Virus record (IMG/VR): IMGVR_UViG_3300025015_000444
DNA: 20,000 bases
Source of the DNA: an uncultured virus (IMG/VR IMGVR_UViG_3300025015_000444)
Taxonomy: Duplodnaviria; Heunggongvirae; Uroviricota; Caudoviricetes
Reading direction: 5' to 3' (one strand)
The notes under the pieces are model-generated. The model was not told where the DNA came from and did no database searches. It worked only from the letters and a program-made list of their open reading frames with translations. Shown here piece by piece: positions 1 through 7,601 of the stretch. Every line of letters begins with the position of its first letter. Position 1 is the stretch's first letter. The translations under genes and the position numbers were made by a program.

Positions 1-195
1 CAGGTTGTCCACGGTACCCAGAATGAACTGTTTCTGCTCCATCCAGGGTCTACGGGTGATTTGCGTCTGTTGCCCTGTAAGCTCATCAAACAGGTCAACG
101 GCATTTGCCGGGGTCTTGTGCGTTGGCGGAAGCAATATCTGAGGGGTCGGAGGATCCTCATCGAGGTCCAACAGGCCCAAAGCATCCTCACTCAT
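1..195 (-). CDS. N-terminus of a protein running off the window edge (MSEDALGLLDLDEDPP...RRPWMEQKQFILGTVDNL); product unknown, possibly a replication enzyme given the context
   Basis: Translated by hand: ATG at 195, purine-rich RBS (GAGGGGGAGGG) upstream, open for 65 codons to position 1, same strand as the neighbouring operon. Not in the ORF track. Confidence 0.7.
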   Translation of the reverse strand, partial: MSEDALGLLDLDEDPPTPQILLPPTHKTPANAVDLFDELTGQQTQITRRPWMEQKQFILGTVDNL

Positions 196-215
196 CTCAT
201 TTCCCTCCCCCTCTA

Positions 216-671
216 TTACCCGACCGGATAACCAAACTCCGTGTCTGTCGGCACAATCACGTATCTTTCCTCAGCCCAGGCCAATACCACTATGGTTGCC
301 GCCTCCTGGGCTTCTGGAGAATTCAAGCCGGGGGGAACGAAACAGTTTGGTACCCTGACACAAGGATGACACTCCTTCTGAGCCAACGGACAGGATTTGG
401 ACATAGAACACTGTCTGTGGCCCTCTGGGATGCGTCGGAGCAGCATCTTGGGTGCTGGCCCTATCTGAGTCATCAGGGGCCGTAAATGCCCCCGTAGGGC
501 ATGAGACAGGGCTTCCCCACTGACCTCTGCTATCAAATCCCCCCAGGGTGTGCCCCGGAGAGATGTGAGAACCCCCCACCGGTCCCCTCTGAAAGGAACA
601 GGACGCAGGATCTTGATTTCGCCCCATTGGGGGTGCTCAACAGTGAAACGAGCGGTTCCGTCGTCTGTCAT
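216..671 (-). CDS. Hypothetical protein, 151 aa, with a Cys cluster (C-x5-C-x6-C-x2-C-x5-C)
   Basis: ATGA overlap with the upstream gene at 668-671; fits the operon tiling. Confidence 0.75.
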   Translation of the reverse strand: MTDDGTARFTVEHPQWGEIKILRPVPFRGDRWGVLTSLRGTPWGDLIAEVSGEALSHALRGHLRPLMTQIGPAPKMLLRRIPEGHRQCSMSKSCPLAQKECHPCVRVPNCFVPPGLNSPEAQEAATIVVLAWAEERYVIVPTDTEFGYPVG

Positions 672-1270
672 CCGAGCATTTCCTTGGTCAACCGGTGATG
701 AAGCTCCCCAATCTTCTGTTTGGCCAGTCGCTCATCTAACCCGGCTTGTGTGGCCTGATAGGTTAGATAGTCATAGGTCTCCCAATAGGCCAGGAGGCGG
801 TCAAGAGCCAGACTCCGTTCGAAACTGGCTCTGTCTAGGATGTCCTTTACTCGACCCCGACCAGCTTCAAACGTGACCGGAGGAGTGATCCGGGTCAGGC
901 ACTCATCTGTCAAGCCCCGCGAATCTCCCGGTCTAACCGTTTGAGGCTCTGGTCCTTCCCAGGGAAGCGGTTGGAGTCCATATTGGGACTCCAACCAGGA
1001 CATGGCTTCGGGGAAGCTCAGGTTCTTCTTGATCCGGACAAGCTCAATGGCATCCCGGCTTCTGTCACATGCAAAACAGTAAAATTGCTGAGAATCAGGA
1101 TAAACCCGTGCCGAAGGCTTGTTGTCCCGACCGTCCCCGTGGAGATCACAGGGGAACTGTTGTTCTCGGCCCCCACCGTCAGACCGAACCTGATAACCGA
1201 ACGAAGCCAAGACGGCGATGATCGGGATCTCTTTCTTGATCCTCTCGACCCGTCGTTTCGGCCAACCCAT
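668..1270 (-). CDS. Stand-alone CHC2 (DnaG primase-type) zinc-finger protein
   Basis: CDLH...KPSARVY...FYCFAC....DAIELV......SFPEAMSWL matches the DnaG zinc-binding domain pattern; no TOPRIM domain follows. Confidence 0.85.
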   Translation of the reverse strand: MGWPKRRVERIKKEIPIIAVLASFGYQVRSDGGGREQQFPCDLHGDGRDNKPSARVYPDSQQFYCFACDRSRDAIELVRIKKNLSFPEAMSWLESQYGLQPLPWEGPEPQTVRPGDSRGLTDECLTRITPPVTFEAGRGRVKDILDRASFERSLALDRLLAYWETYDYLTYQATQAGLDERLAKQKIGELHHRLTKEMLG

Positions 1271-1273
1271 GCC

Positions 1274-1504
1274 CTAATCTACCCGACCACGGGAGGGAGT
1301 CCCACCACCGTAACCATCCGCTGCCCAACCGCCGCCGACCAACTGAAAATGCGAAGCTGAAACCAACTTGCGGGTGGTGCTCCCACAAGGTTCCTGGTTC
1401 TCCTTTGAAGGCTTCGGACATGGGGGATTGGGACTATCGGCTCGGGGCACCAACTCCTCAAAACGGTACCCGCAGACTTCACAGGTGTATTCATACAGGG
1501 GCAT
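1274..1504 (-). CDS. FmdB-family zinc-ribbon protein
   Basis: MPLYEYTCEVCGYRFEEL...CP...CGS..RKLVSASHFQLVGGGW..DGY is the typical FmdB/CxxC_CxxC_SSSS pattern; AGGA RBS upstream. Confidence 0.9.
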   Translation of the reverse strand: MPLYEYTCEVCGYRFEELVPRADSPNPPCPKPSKENQEPCGSTTRKLVSASHFQLVGGGWAADGYGGGTPSRGRVD

Positions 1505-1514
1505 CCGGTTTCCT

Positions 1515-1610
1515 TCACCCGTTGATGTTCAGTCCACCCGGTCCATGTTTCAACACGTTGGCCGCCACTGAACCGATCAGGGGTTTCCTGGCTAGAGTCA
1601 GGACGATCAC
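1515..1610 (-). pseudogene. Truncated MTase middle-module copy E (31 aa: MIVLTLARKPLIGSVAANVLKHGPGGLNING*)
   Basis: Translated by hand. GTG at 1610 overlaps the TGA of copy D. Nearly identical to the N-terminus of 5029-5661; TGA at 1515-1517 sits where copy A has TGC (Cys). Confidence 0.85.
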
Positions 1611-1630
1611 CCCTGTTTCCCAACCTGTTT
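1564..1630 (-). repeat. Module junction repeat (end of one module plus start of the next); related copies near 1890-1950, 2492-2570, 3091-3157 and 5615-5661
   Basis: gatcacccctgtttcccaacctgttt (1605-1630) versus gatcacccctgtctcccaacctgttt (3132-3157) differ at 1 of 26 positions; similarity extends through the LTLARKP codons. Confidence 0.8.
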
Positions 1631-1918
1631 GAAGAACCGACAGGAGACATCTCCCATAACCCCAGCCTGCAAAATCAGATTCGCGGGCCATCTCCCGAGA
1701 GGATTCGGATTATAGCCGTTGTCTTCTTCACCGGCATAGTAGCCCCAGGATCGAAACTCACGCACATCGGAGAGTAAGCCTCCCGACCCCCCATGTAGGT
1801 GTTCTATGGTGGCGAGACGACATTGATCAATGTTCAAACCACCCACTCCGTGCTTCAGGAGGTTGATCGTCAACGAGCCTTCTGAACAGGGTTTCCTGGC
1901 CAGGGTTAGGGTGATCAT
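1607..1918 (-). CDS. MTase middle-module copy D (103 aa, short form lacking the Cys/His insert)
   Basis: MITLTLARKP...HGVGGLNIDQCR...GRWPANLIL...RFFKQVG; ATGA-coupled to copy C. Confidence 0.85.
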   Translation of the reverse strand: MITLTLARKPCSEGSLTINLLKHGVGGLNIDQCRLATIEHLHGGSGGLLSDVREFRSWGYYAGEEDNGYNPNPLGRWPANLILQAGVMGDVSCRFFKQVGKQG

Positions 1919-2538
1919 GGTTCTCCGGATCCCCCAACCTGCTTGAAAAACCGAGAGGCTCCCCCAACGTCATAATGCGAATTACTTCTCCTGTCTTTAC
2001 CCCCAAATCCAAACATCCCGCCCGATTGCGCTCCTCTTTGACTCGGCCGTCCTGTTGCAGGTAGGGTACCACTTAGTTCGTCCAAACCAGACACAGGACA
2101 GCCCGATTGACAATCCCACGTATCCACGGTTTCCATTCCGTCGGTATTCGAATAACCCCGTCGAGTGGCGTCAGTAGGACGGAATCGCCAATTGGTCTTG
2201 TCTTGCCGACCATCATCCCCACTAGGTCGAGTATCCGTGCGATTACCCCGCACCTGTTGGATTCCCCTCTTTCGGCATCCTGGAAGGTGGCACAGAATCA
2301 AGTTCGCGGGCCAGCGTTCCGTTGCTATTGGTATAGGTGGGGTTCCTTGTGGATAGGGGGCGGGTCGATAACCCAGAAGAGCTAACTGAGCATTGTAGCG
2401 ATCCATTCCCGAAGGGAGTTTGCTGGCAGCAGTCCCAACCCGACTCTCGTCGATGTTGATCCCCCCAGTTCCGTGCATCAAGACTGTTTGAGCAACAGAA
2501 CCGATCAAGGGCTTCCTGGCTAGAGTCAAGACAATCAC
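1915..2538 (-). CDS. MTase middle-module copy C (207 aa)
   Basis: Start reassigned to GTG at 2538 (MIVLTLARKPLIGSVA) by homology with the paralogs and the GTGA overlap with the copy B stop. Contains RWPANLILCHLPGC, WDCQSGCPV and GGASRFFKQV. Confidence 0.87.
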   Translation of the reverse strand: MIVLTLARKPLIGSVAQTVLMHGTGGINIDESRVGTAASKLPSGMDRYNAQLALLGYRPAPYPQGTPPIPIATERWPANLILCHLPGCRKRGIQQVRGNRTDTRPSGDDGRQDKTNWRFRPTDATRRGYSNTDGMETVDTWDCQSGCPVSGLDELSGTLPATGRPSQRGAQSGGMFGFGGKDRRSNSHYDVGGASRFFKQVGGSGEP

Positions 2539-3137
2539 GGTAGCCGACCCCCAACTTGTTTGAAGAACCGGGCAGCTCCTCCTGAGTCTCCCCGCAACCA
2601 TTCTGATCGTACTGGTTGTCTGTTGAACGGTTGAATGACCCAACTAGGGTTTTTCTCCGTGGTCTTGGCCCCACCGCCACTCATCCCAGGACAATCCCCA
2701 CTCTGTTCATCCAAGGCAGCCACAGGGCACTCTAATTGGCAGTCCCAGAGATCTACTTGTTCGACTGGTGTCGTTGTCCCCTCATAGGGGTGTCCTGCCC
2801 CGCCCCCGAAGGGCTTGGCACCATCAGACCAACGATTGATCTGATACCCGGGAACCGTGGTAGTCCCTGTCTTTCGGCAGCCGGGAAGATGGCACAGAAT
2901 CAGGTTTGCGGGCCAACGCCCCATCGGGTTTGATTTCACATTAGTAGCCAAAACAGATCCGTCTGAGGGTCTACGTGTTCCGTAACCGCCGCCCCGTATG
3001 TCTGTTTGCGTCCCCCATTTCCAAGCTGAACCCAAAATACGGGTGCCGTCGATATTAATTCCTCCAGTTCCGTGCTCCAAGGCGTTGACAGCCACGGACC
3101 TAATCAGAGGCTTCCTGGCTAGGGTCAAAACGATCAC
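2535..3137 (-). CDS. MTase middle-module copy B (200 aa)
   Basis: MIVLTLARKP...HGTGGINIDG...GRWPANLILCHLPGC...WDCQLECPV...GGAARFFKQV. Confidence 0.87.
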   Translation of the reverse strand: MIVLTLARKPLIRSVAVNALEHGTGGINIDGTRILGSAWKWGTQTDIRGGGYGTRRPSDGSVLATNVKSNPMGRWPANLILCHLPGCRKTGTTTVPGYQINRWSDGAKPFGGGAGHPYEGTTTPVEQVDLWDCQLECPVAALDEQSGDCPGMSGGGAKTTEKNPSWVIQPFNRQPVRSEWLRGDSGGAARFFKQVGGRLP

Positions 3138-3178
3138 CCCTGTCTCCCAACCTGTTTTCGGATGCTCTCCTGGTTCAT
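3134..3178 (-). CDS. 14-aa micro-ORF MNQESIRKQVGRQG, remnant of a module C-terminus or translational coupler
   Basis: AGGAG lies 7 nt upstream of ATG 3178. Its stop overlaps the copy B start (GTGA). The tail KQVGRQG matches the copy D tail KQVGKQG. Confidence 0.6.
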   Translation of the reverse strand: MNQESIRKQVGRQG

Positions 3179-3188
3179 GGCATATCTC

Positions 3189-4220
3189 CTATTCGGGTTT
3201 CCTACCAACTACAAACGGTTCCCACGCAGGCTTGAGCGCCGTTCCCCATCCCTCGAACTGTTTGGCCTCGGGAGTGGCCGCTTTGGTTACGGGAATCGTA
3301 ACAGCAACCTGTTTGGCCCCCGTTCCGTAAGCCCCCACACCTTTACCCCCCGGGTCGTCTGTAGTACGGATCTCGTCTGCCTCGTTGACAATGTCGTTGA
3401 GGTTTTCTCCCCCAACACCCTGCTGATAGCCAATGACCTCTCGCTGGTCACTTGCACCGAGGTGGCGGTCTATCGCTTTTGCCACATTTAGTGATTTGGG
3501 GAAACCTGAACCGTAGCACCATGCCGTTAGCATGAGATTTTCGAACCCTACAGATTCCATTGCGGCAGCGAGCCTGTGAAATGTGCGCGTGGCCGAAAAA
3601 GCCTTGATCACACCCCCCGGCTTCAACACTCGAAAGACCTCTATCAGCCAAGCCGTGTGCCAAATCTGCATGGACTCAGCCTGTTGCAAACGGACGTTTG
3701 GGAAGGACGGGTCTTCACACTGACATCGGGTAAATCCTTCACGGTCATTCCCCCGCTGTGTCCCCCCACAGTTCTCACAGATGGGGTTCGGGGAACCGTT
3801 GAAAGAAGGGAGGTTCGTATTCTGGAATCTGTCGCTTCCACCTGAAGTGAAACTCGCCCCACCTGTCGCCACACGGGGTTTGCCCAAAGGCTTCCAGTGG
3901 TCATGTGGCTTCTCACAGGTACATTTCTTAGCCCCCCGTAGACGACCCCCACAGACGGCACACGTTGGATTTGCCGTGCCAAACTGAGCGTTGCTGGAGA
4001 ACGAGGGCCAGTCTGTCTTGCGATCCCCAATGCCGGGTTTCGAGAAACCCCCTGACATTAACCATGCTTGTGGGATCTCTAACCTATCCCACTCTTTTCC
4101 CATAAATTCAAGGCCATATGGGGGATCACAAACAACTGCCCCAATTGATTGATCTTCCATCCCCCTGAGAACCTCGAAAGAGTCTCCCAACCGAAGCTGA
4201 AGAAGCTGTTGCGTCATCAC
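3189..4220 (-). CDS. Amino-DNA methyltransferase (N6A/N4C, beta class), N-terminal catalytic half only, with a Cys-rich insert
   Basis: GDSFEVL...VVCDPPYGLEFMGKEWD, FRVLKPGG, WCYGSGFPKS, GWGTALKPAWEP; ends at VVGRKPE with no DPFxGxG SAM-binding motif. Confidence 0.9.
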   Translation of the reverse strand: MMTQQLLQLRLGDSFEVLRGMEDQSIGAVVCDPPYGLEFMGKEWDRLEIPQAWLMSGGFSKPGIGDRKTDWPSFSSNAQFGTANPTCAVCGGRLRGAKKCTCEKPHDHWKPLGKPRVATGGASFTSGGSDRFQNTNLPSFNGSPNPICENCGGTQRGNDREGFTRCQCEDPSFPNVRLQQAESMQIWHTAWLIEVFRVLKPGGVIKAFSATRTFHRLAAAMESVGFENLMLTAWCYGSGFPKSLNVAKAIDRHLGASDQREVIGYQQGVGGENLNDIVNEADEIRTTDDPGGKGVGAYGTGAKQVAVTIPVTKAATPEAKQFEGWGTALKPAWEPFVVGRKPE

Positions 4221-5032
4221 ATCTCCTCCCCGAACCCGAAGAAATTGTCGAAGCTAATCACCCCCGCATCTTCCTTTGGCCGTTCAGGAGCATCGGACTG
4301 AATCTCGACCCCTTGATTGGCGGGAGTGGTGAGTTTCCAATCCCAATGCCGAACCCTGGCATCTGCAATAACCAAGTAGTCAGGTTCCCGCTCTATCCCG
4401 ATGAAAGCATGCCCCGTCTTGAGACATGCAATCCCAGTTGAACCGCTACCCATGAAAGGATCCAGCACTGGACCTTGATCCGTCGGCACATCTCGGAGTA
4501 GCTTTTCCATGATTGCCATTGGCTTACATGTTGGGTGAAAGTTGTGGACTTGTCCTGCTGTGCGCCCCGCCCCTGCCCTCGGGGATTCGAGCCCTGCCGT
4601 ATCCTCTTCTCGGTCTACGGCTTCTGCCCCTGACCTGGCTGGAAGATGCGCGCACCCGGCTTCCCGTTCCGCCCGTGCTGCCTTAGGTACGTAATGAAAC
4701 CGCCCGGGTTCGGTAACGAACAGAATGGAGTCCCGTATCTCAAACCCGGCATCCTCAATGGTACATGCTCCCGTATGACCCGTAGGCTCTTCGTCGGGAG
4801 CAATCAAGATCAAGTGTGCTCCTGGCTTCAAGACACGAAGAAACTCCACGGACTGTTCTTCCGTGGGGGTTCCTCGTATGATGAGTCCTGTGACGGACTC
4901 TTTCTCCCATCCCGCTACAGTCTGCATCGTGGAATCATTGATCTCTGTCAGGTAGACCGCCTTGACATAAGGCTCTGGCGGGGAAATCAAGGTAATCAGG
5001 TAACTGATCAGATCGTCAGGCATCGTTGTCAT
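4217..5032 (-). CDS. Amino-DNA methyltransferase, SAM-binding half with a degenerate catalytic region
   Basis: NFHPTCKP, VLDPFMGSGSTGIA and FIGIERE are intact; LRVLKPGAHL and IEDAGFEIRD are retained; no DPPY/NPPY/SPPY motif. Confidence 0.88.
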   Translation of the reverse strand: MTTMPDDLISYLITLISPPEPYVKAVYLTEINDSTMQTVAGWEKESVTGLIIRGTPTEEQSVEFLRVLKPGAHLILIAPDEEPTGHTGACTIEDAGFEIRDSILFVTEPGRFHYVPKAARAEREAGCAHLPARSGAEAVDREEDTAGLESPRAGAGRTAGQVHNFHPTCKPMAIMEKLLRDVPTDQGPVLDPFMGSGSTGIACLKTGHAFIGIEREPDYLVIADARVRHWDWKLTTPANQGVEIQSDAPERPKEDAGVISFDNFFGFGEEM

Positions 5033-5661
5033 TTTGGTTGCTCCTGAACTTGCTTGAAGAAGCGGGAAGCCCCACCCGCTTCTCCGAATCCTGGATCCAC
5101 AGCCGTGTGCTCCGTAGTAAAGCCTGTTGGCCCCAAACCAGTGAAAGCCCCCTTGGCGTTCCCTATCCGGCCCCCCGTGGATACGGATACCCCACTCTGT
5201 TGATCAAGGTCTCGAACGGGGCACCCTGGTTGACAATCCCAGGCATCTACGGTTTCCAAGCCTGCTGTATCAGCAAAGCCCCCACCCAAATAAAGGTCTG
5301 TTCGTCCTGTCCCATATAGGTTCGCAGCCCCGAAACCTCCTGGGGCGGTTCCGTGATTACCTGTCCTGACTTTTCGTTCTCCAACGCACCGGCAACCCGG
5401 CAAATGACACAAGATCAGGTTCGCGGGCCAACGCCCAGCTTGTTTATACAGGTCTTGCTGAGAACCATCGGCATTGTTTTTACCCGTTCCTGGAGAATAA
5501 TCGGAAGAGGCAAGATGCTTATAGCCTTGGGTTACGCGAGGTTCTCCTTTTTTCAAAGAAACTCGGCACCCATCAATGTTGATCCCCCCAGCCCCATGTT
5601 TCAACACGTTGACCGCAACAGAACCAATCAAGGGTTTTCTAGCTAGGGTCAGAACGATCAC
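5029..5661 (-). CDS. MTase middle-module copy A (210 aa)
   Basis: MIVLTLARKPLIGSVA...NIDGCRV...GRWPANLILCHLPGC...WDCQPGCPV...GGASRFFKQV; 4-nt overlaps at both ends. Confidence 0.87.
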   Translation of the reverse strand: MIVLTLARKPLIGSVAVNVLKHGAGGINIDGCRVSLKKGEPRVTQGYKHLASSDYSPGTGKNNADGSQQDLYKQAGRWPANLILCHLPGCRCVGERKVRTGNHGTAPGGFGAANLYGTGRTDLYLGGGFADTAGLETVDAWDCQPGCPVRDLDQQSGVSVSTGGRIGNAKGAFTGLGPTGFTTEHTAVDPGFGEAGGASRFFKQVQEQPK

Positions 5662-5987
5662 CGAAGGTCTCCGCTACCTGTAAGTTGGCCCCGTGCTTTG
5701 CGTGAAGCCAGCTTGTCAATGTTCAGTCGGGCGACATTTTCCAGACTGAGCCCCAGTTCCCGAGCCAGGGCACTCACGTACCAAAGCACATCGCCCAGTT
5801 CTAAAGCTAGAGCATTGAGTCGGGCGTCACTGATTAGTCCCCCGTCATCCCGAAGGGCCTTTTTGATCTTTTCGCAGACCTCTCCGGTTTCCCCAGCCAA
5901 GCCTAGAGCCGGGTACACCACGTTGTGCCCTTTGTCCGGGTACACCGCTGTGTCGAAACTGTGCTTCTGGTACTCGTCAAACGTCAT
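5658..5987 (-). CDS. MazG-like nucleoside triphosphate pyrophosphohydrolase
   Basis: LGLAGETGEVCEKIKK...ELGDVLWY...NIDKLASR: the ExxE...ExxD motif of all-alpha NTP-PPases. Confidence 0.92.
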   Translation of the reverse strand: MTFDEYQKHSFDTAVYPDKGHNVVYPALGLAGETGEVCEKIKKALRDDGGLISDARLNALALELGDVLWYVSALARELGLSLENVARLNIDKLASRKARGQLTGSGDLR

Positions 5988-6002
5988 CCGGGCATATCCC
6001 TG

Positions 6003-7601
6003 TTACACTAACGAATCCACGATCCCATCAGCTACCCGATCCCCCTGTGCCTTCATGTCATTCCGGGTGCGCCCCGCAGGCAACACCATGTCTGCACAGG
6101 TATAGAGCCTTCTACAAGGCCACTCTACCCGTGCTTGAAAGAGTGGGAAAGGTGGTTCATCACGAGCCTTCAAGCACTGGAACTGAACCCTGTTGGATCC
6201 CCTCAAGTCGTCATCAAGCCAGGAGGCTGTAATCACGTCGGAAGACCTCTCCGCTTCGTTTGCGTAAGAAAGGTGAACCAGGTCATAGCTTGCCTCTCCG
6301 GTCTTGTCTTTTCGTTTCATAGCGGACCTGAATCCCTCACGGTTGATCTGGAACATCCCAACTACAGCCATCCCTGACCCTCTGTTGAAAGACATAGCCA
6401 AGCGTTTGAGATCCCGCATGACCTCATTGAGTCGATCCGTGGTAGAGGAAACCCACTTGCGAGGAGCCATCAACCCGGCGTGATCCACGAACAGAACTCT
6501 GTAGGGGATCTTGCCATACAAGGTCTCGGCACGATGCCTGAGATCTGCCATCGTGAAATCGTTCTTGTCCGGGTCAGCCACCTCGATCTGAATGTTGCCG
6601 TAGTTCTTTGGGTCAGGCCACGGTCGATGGGTGTAGGGGTCTTCCCCTTCCACGACTAACTTGCCATTGAAATCGGGGATCACGTAGTCGAACAGGAAAG
6701 CCCGGCCGTTCGGGTGCCACTTGTGCAAGTCGGCATCCCGAATGTGCCTGTAGGGCAATCCCATCTGGTCATCCGGGAACTTTTGCAGCCCCAGTTTGTG
6801 CCGGATTGCCTTGAACTTGTCGTGGGCAGAGTGCATGGCATACAGGATGTTCCGACACTGGACGTAGGGCATCTCCAGCGAGAAAATCAGGCTGCTTTGG
6901 AGGAAATAGGAGGCTTGAATGTATGCCCAGTTTAGCAATAACGTCGATTTTAGATGCCCGGTGAAAGCAGCATGGAGCCAGAGTTCATATCTCTTGGCCC
7001 CGCCCAGGATGTCCATCTGGGCTAACCCGGTTGGACAGCCCACACCGGCAAGAGGGTCACTCTCGATTCGGATGTAATTCTCTGATATCCCTTTGCCGTC
7101 TCGTGTGACCTCACCAGATAGCGATGAGCCAATGGCCGGAGCCAGTATGTCATGTCCTTGATCCATGACATACTTGACGGCATCCTCTGGGCCTTGCAGG
7201 AACTTAGTCTGCCCCTTGCCCAGATCGATCTTGACCCCGGTTCCAACGATAGTGCTGGCTTCCTTCAGAATCTCGGATATCCGTCGCAGCTTGCGTTCGG
7301 CAACCTTGCCTTTGACGTAGTTTTCAAAGTCTCCCTGGAGCTTGAGAGGGAGTCCCGACAGTTCGTTGAGTCGGTCAGTGATCCGGTCTTCTTTGGCCCG
7401 GTGGAAGTGATCCTGAAGAGTGGCCAAACCGGGGGCATGTCGGTGAGTGAGAATGAACTCTCGAACGAACGCAAAGATGACCTCATCTTCGAGGATGTCA
7501 AAAGTCAGACCGGCTCCCAAAAACACCTGGAAGTTCTGGAGCATCAGATCCTTGGGATCTGTTGGGGTTGCTGCAAACAGGGAACGGAGGATCGTCTTCA
7601 T
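6003..7601 (-). CDS. DnaB-like (SF4) replicative helicase, divergent
   Basis: PTGL..MD, AAFTGHLKST (Walker A variant), IFSLEM, VLFVDH (Walker B), LKRLA, QINR, ERSSDVI, LKARD. Confidence 0.85.
   Translation of the reverse strand: MKTILRSLFAATPTDPKDLMLQNFQVFLGAGLTFDILEDEVIFAFVREFILTHRHAPGLATLQDHFHRAKEDRITDRLNELSGLPLKLQGDFENYVKGKVAERKLRRISEILKEASTIVGTGVKIDLGKGQTKFLQGPEDAVKYVMDQGHDILAPAIGSSLSGEVTRDGKGISENYIRIESDPLAGVGCPTGLAQMDILGGAKRYELWLHAAFTGHLKSTLLLNWAYIQASYFLQSSLIFSLEMPYVQCRNILYAMHSAHDKFKAIRHKLGLQKFPDDQMGLPYRHIRDADLHKWHPNGRAFLFDYVIPDFNGKLVVEGEDPYTHRPWPDPKNYGNIQIEVADPDKNDFTMADLRHRAETLYGKIPYRVLFVDHAGLMAPRKWVSSTTDRLNEVMRDLKRLAMSFNRGSGMAVVGMFQINREGFRSAMKRKDKTGEASYDLVHLSYANEAERSSDVITASWLDDDLRGSNRVQFQCLKARDEPPFPLFQARVEWPCRRLYTCADMVLPAGRTRNDMKAQGDRVADGIVDSLV

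Noticed and set aside
2539..2643. N-terminal extension of the ORF-track call 1915-2643
   Set aside because: It overlaps copy B. Homology and the GTGA overlap place the start at 2538.
4965..4990. SPPEPY as an N4-cytosine SPPY catalytic motif
   Set aside because: It is not SPPY and follows a predicted helix rather than the hydrophobic strand of motif IV.
3189..5032. MTase split as a sequencing frameshift or split intein
   Set aside because: The SAM-binding half lies upstream of the catalytic half, so no single frameshift restores the canonical order. No intein terminal motifs were seen.
1515..5661. Module repeats interpreted as a CRISPR array, DGR or invertible shufflon
   Set aside because: The repeats are degenerate coding blocks with long, irregular spacing and all have the same orientation. 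Differences are not adenine-specific, and no cas, reverse transcriptase or recombinase gene is in the window.
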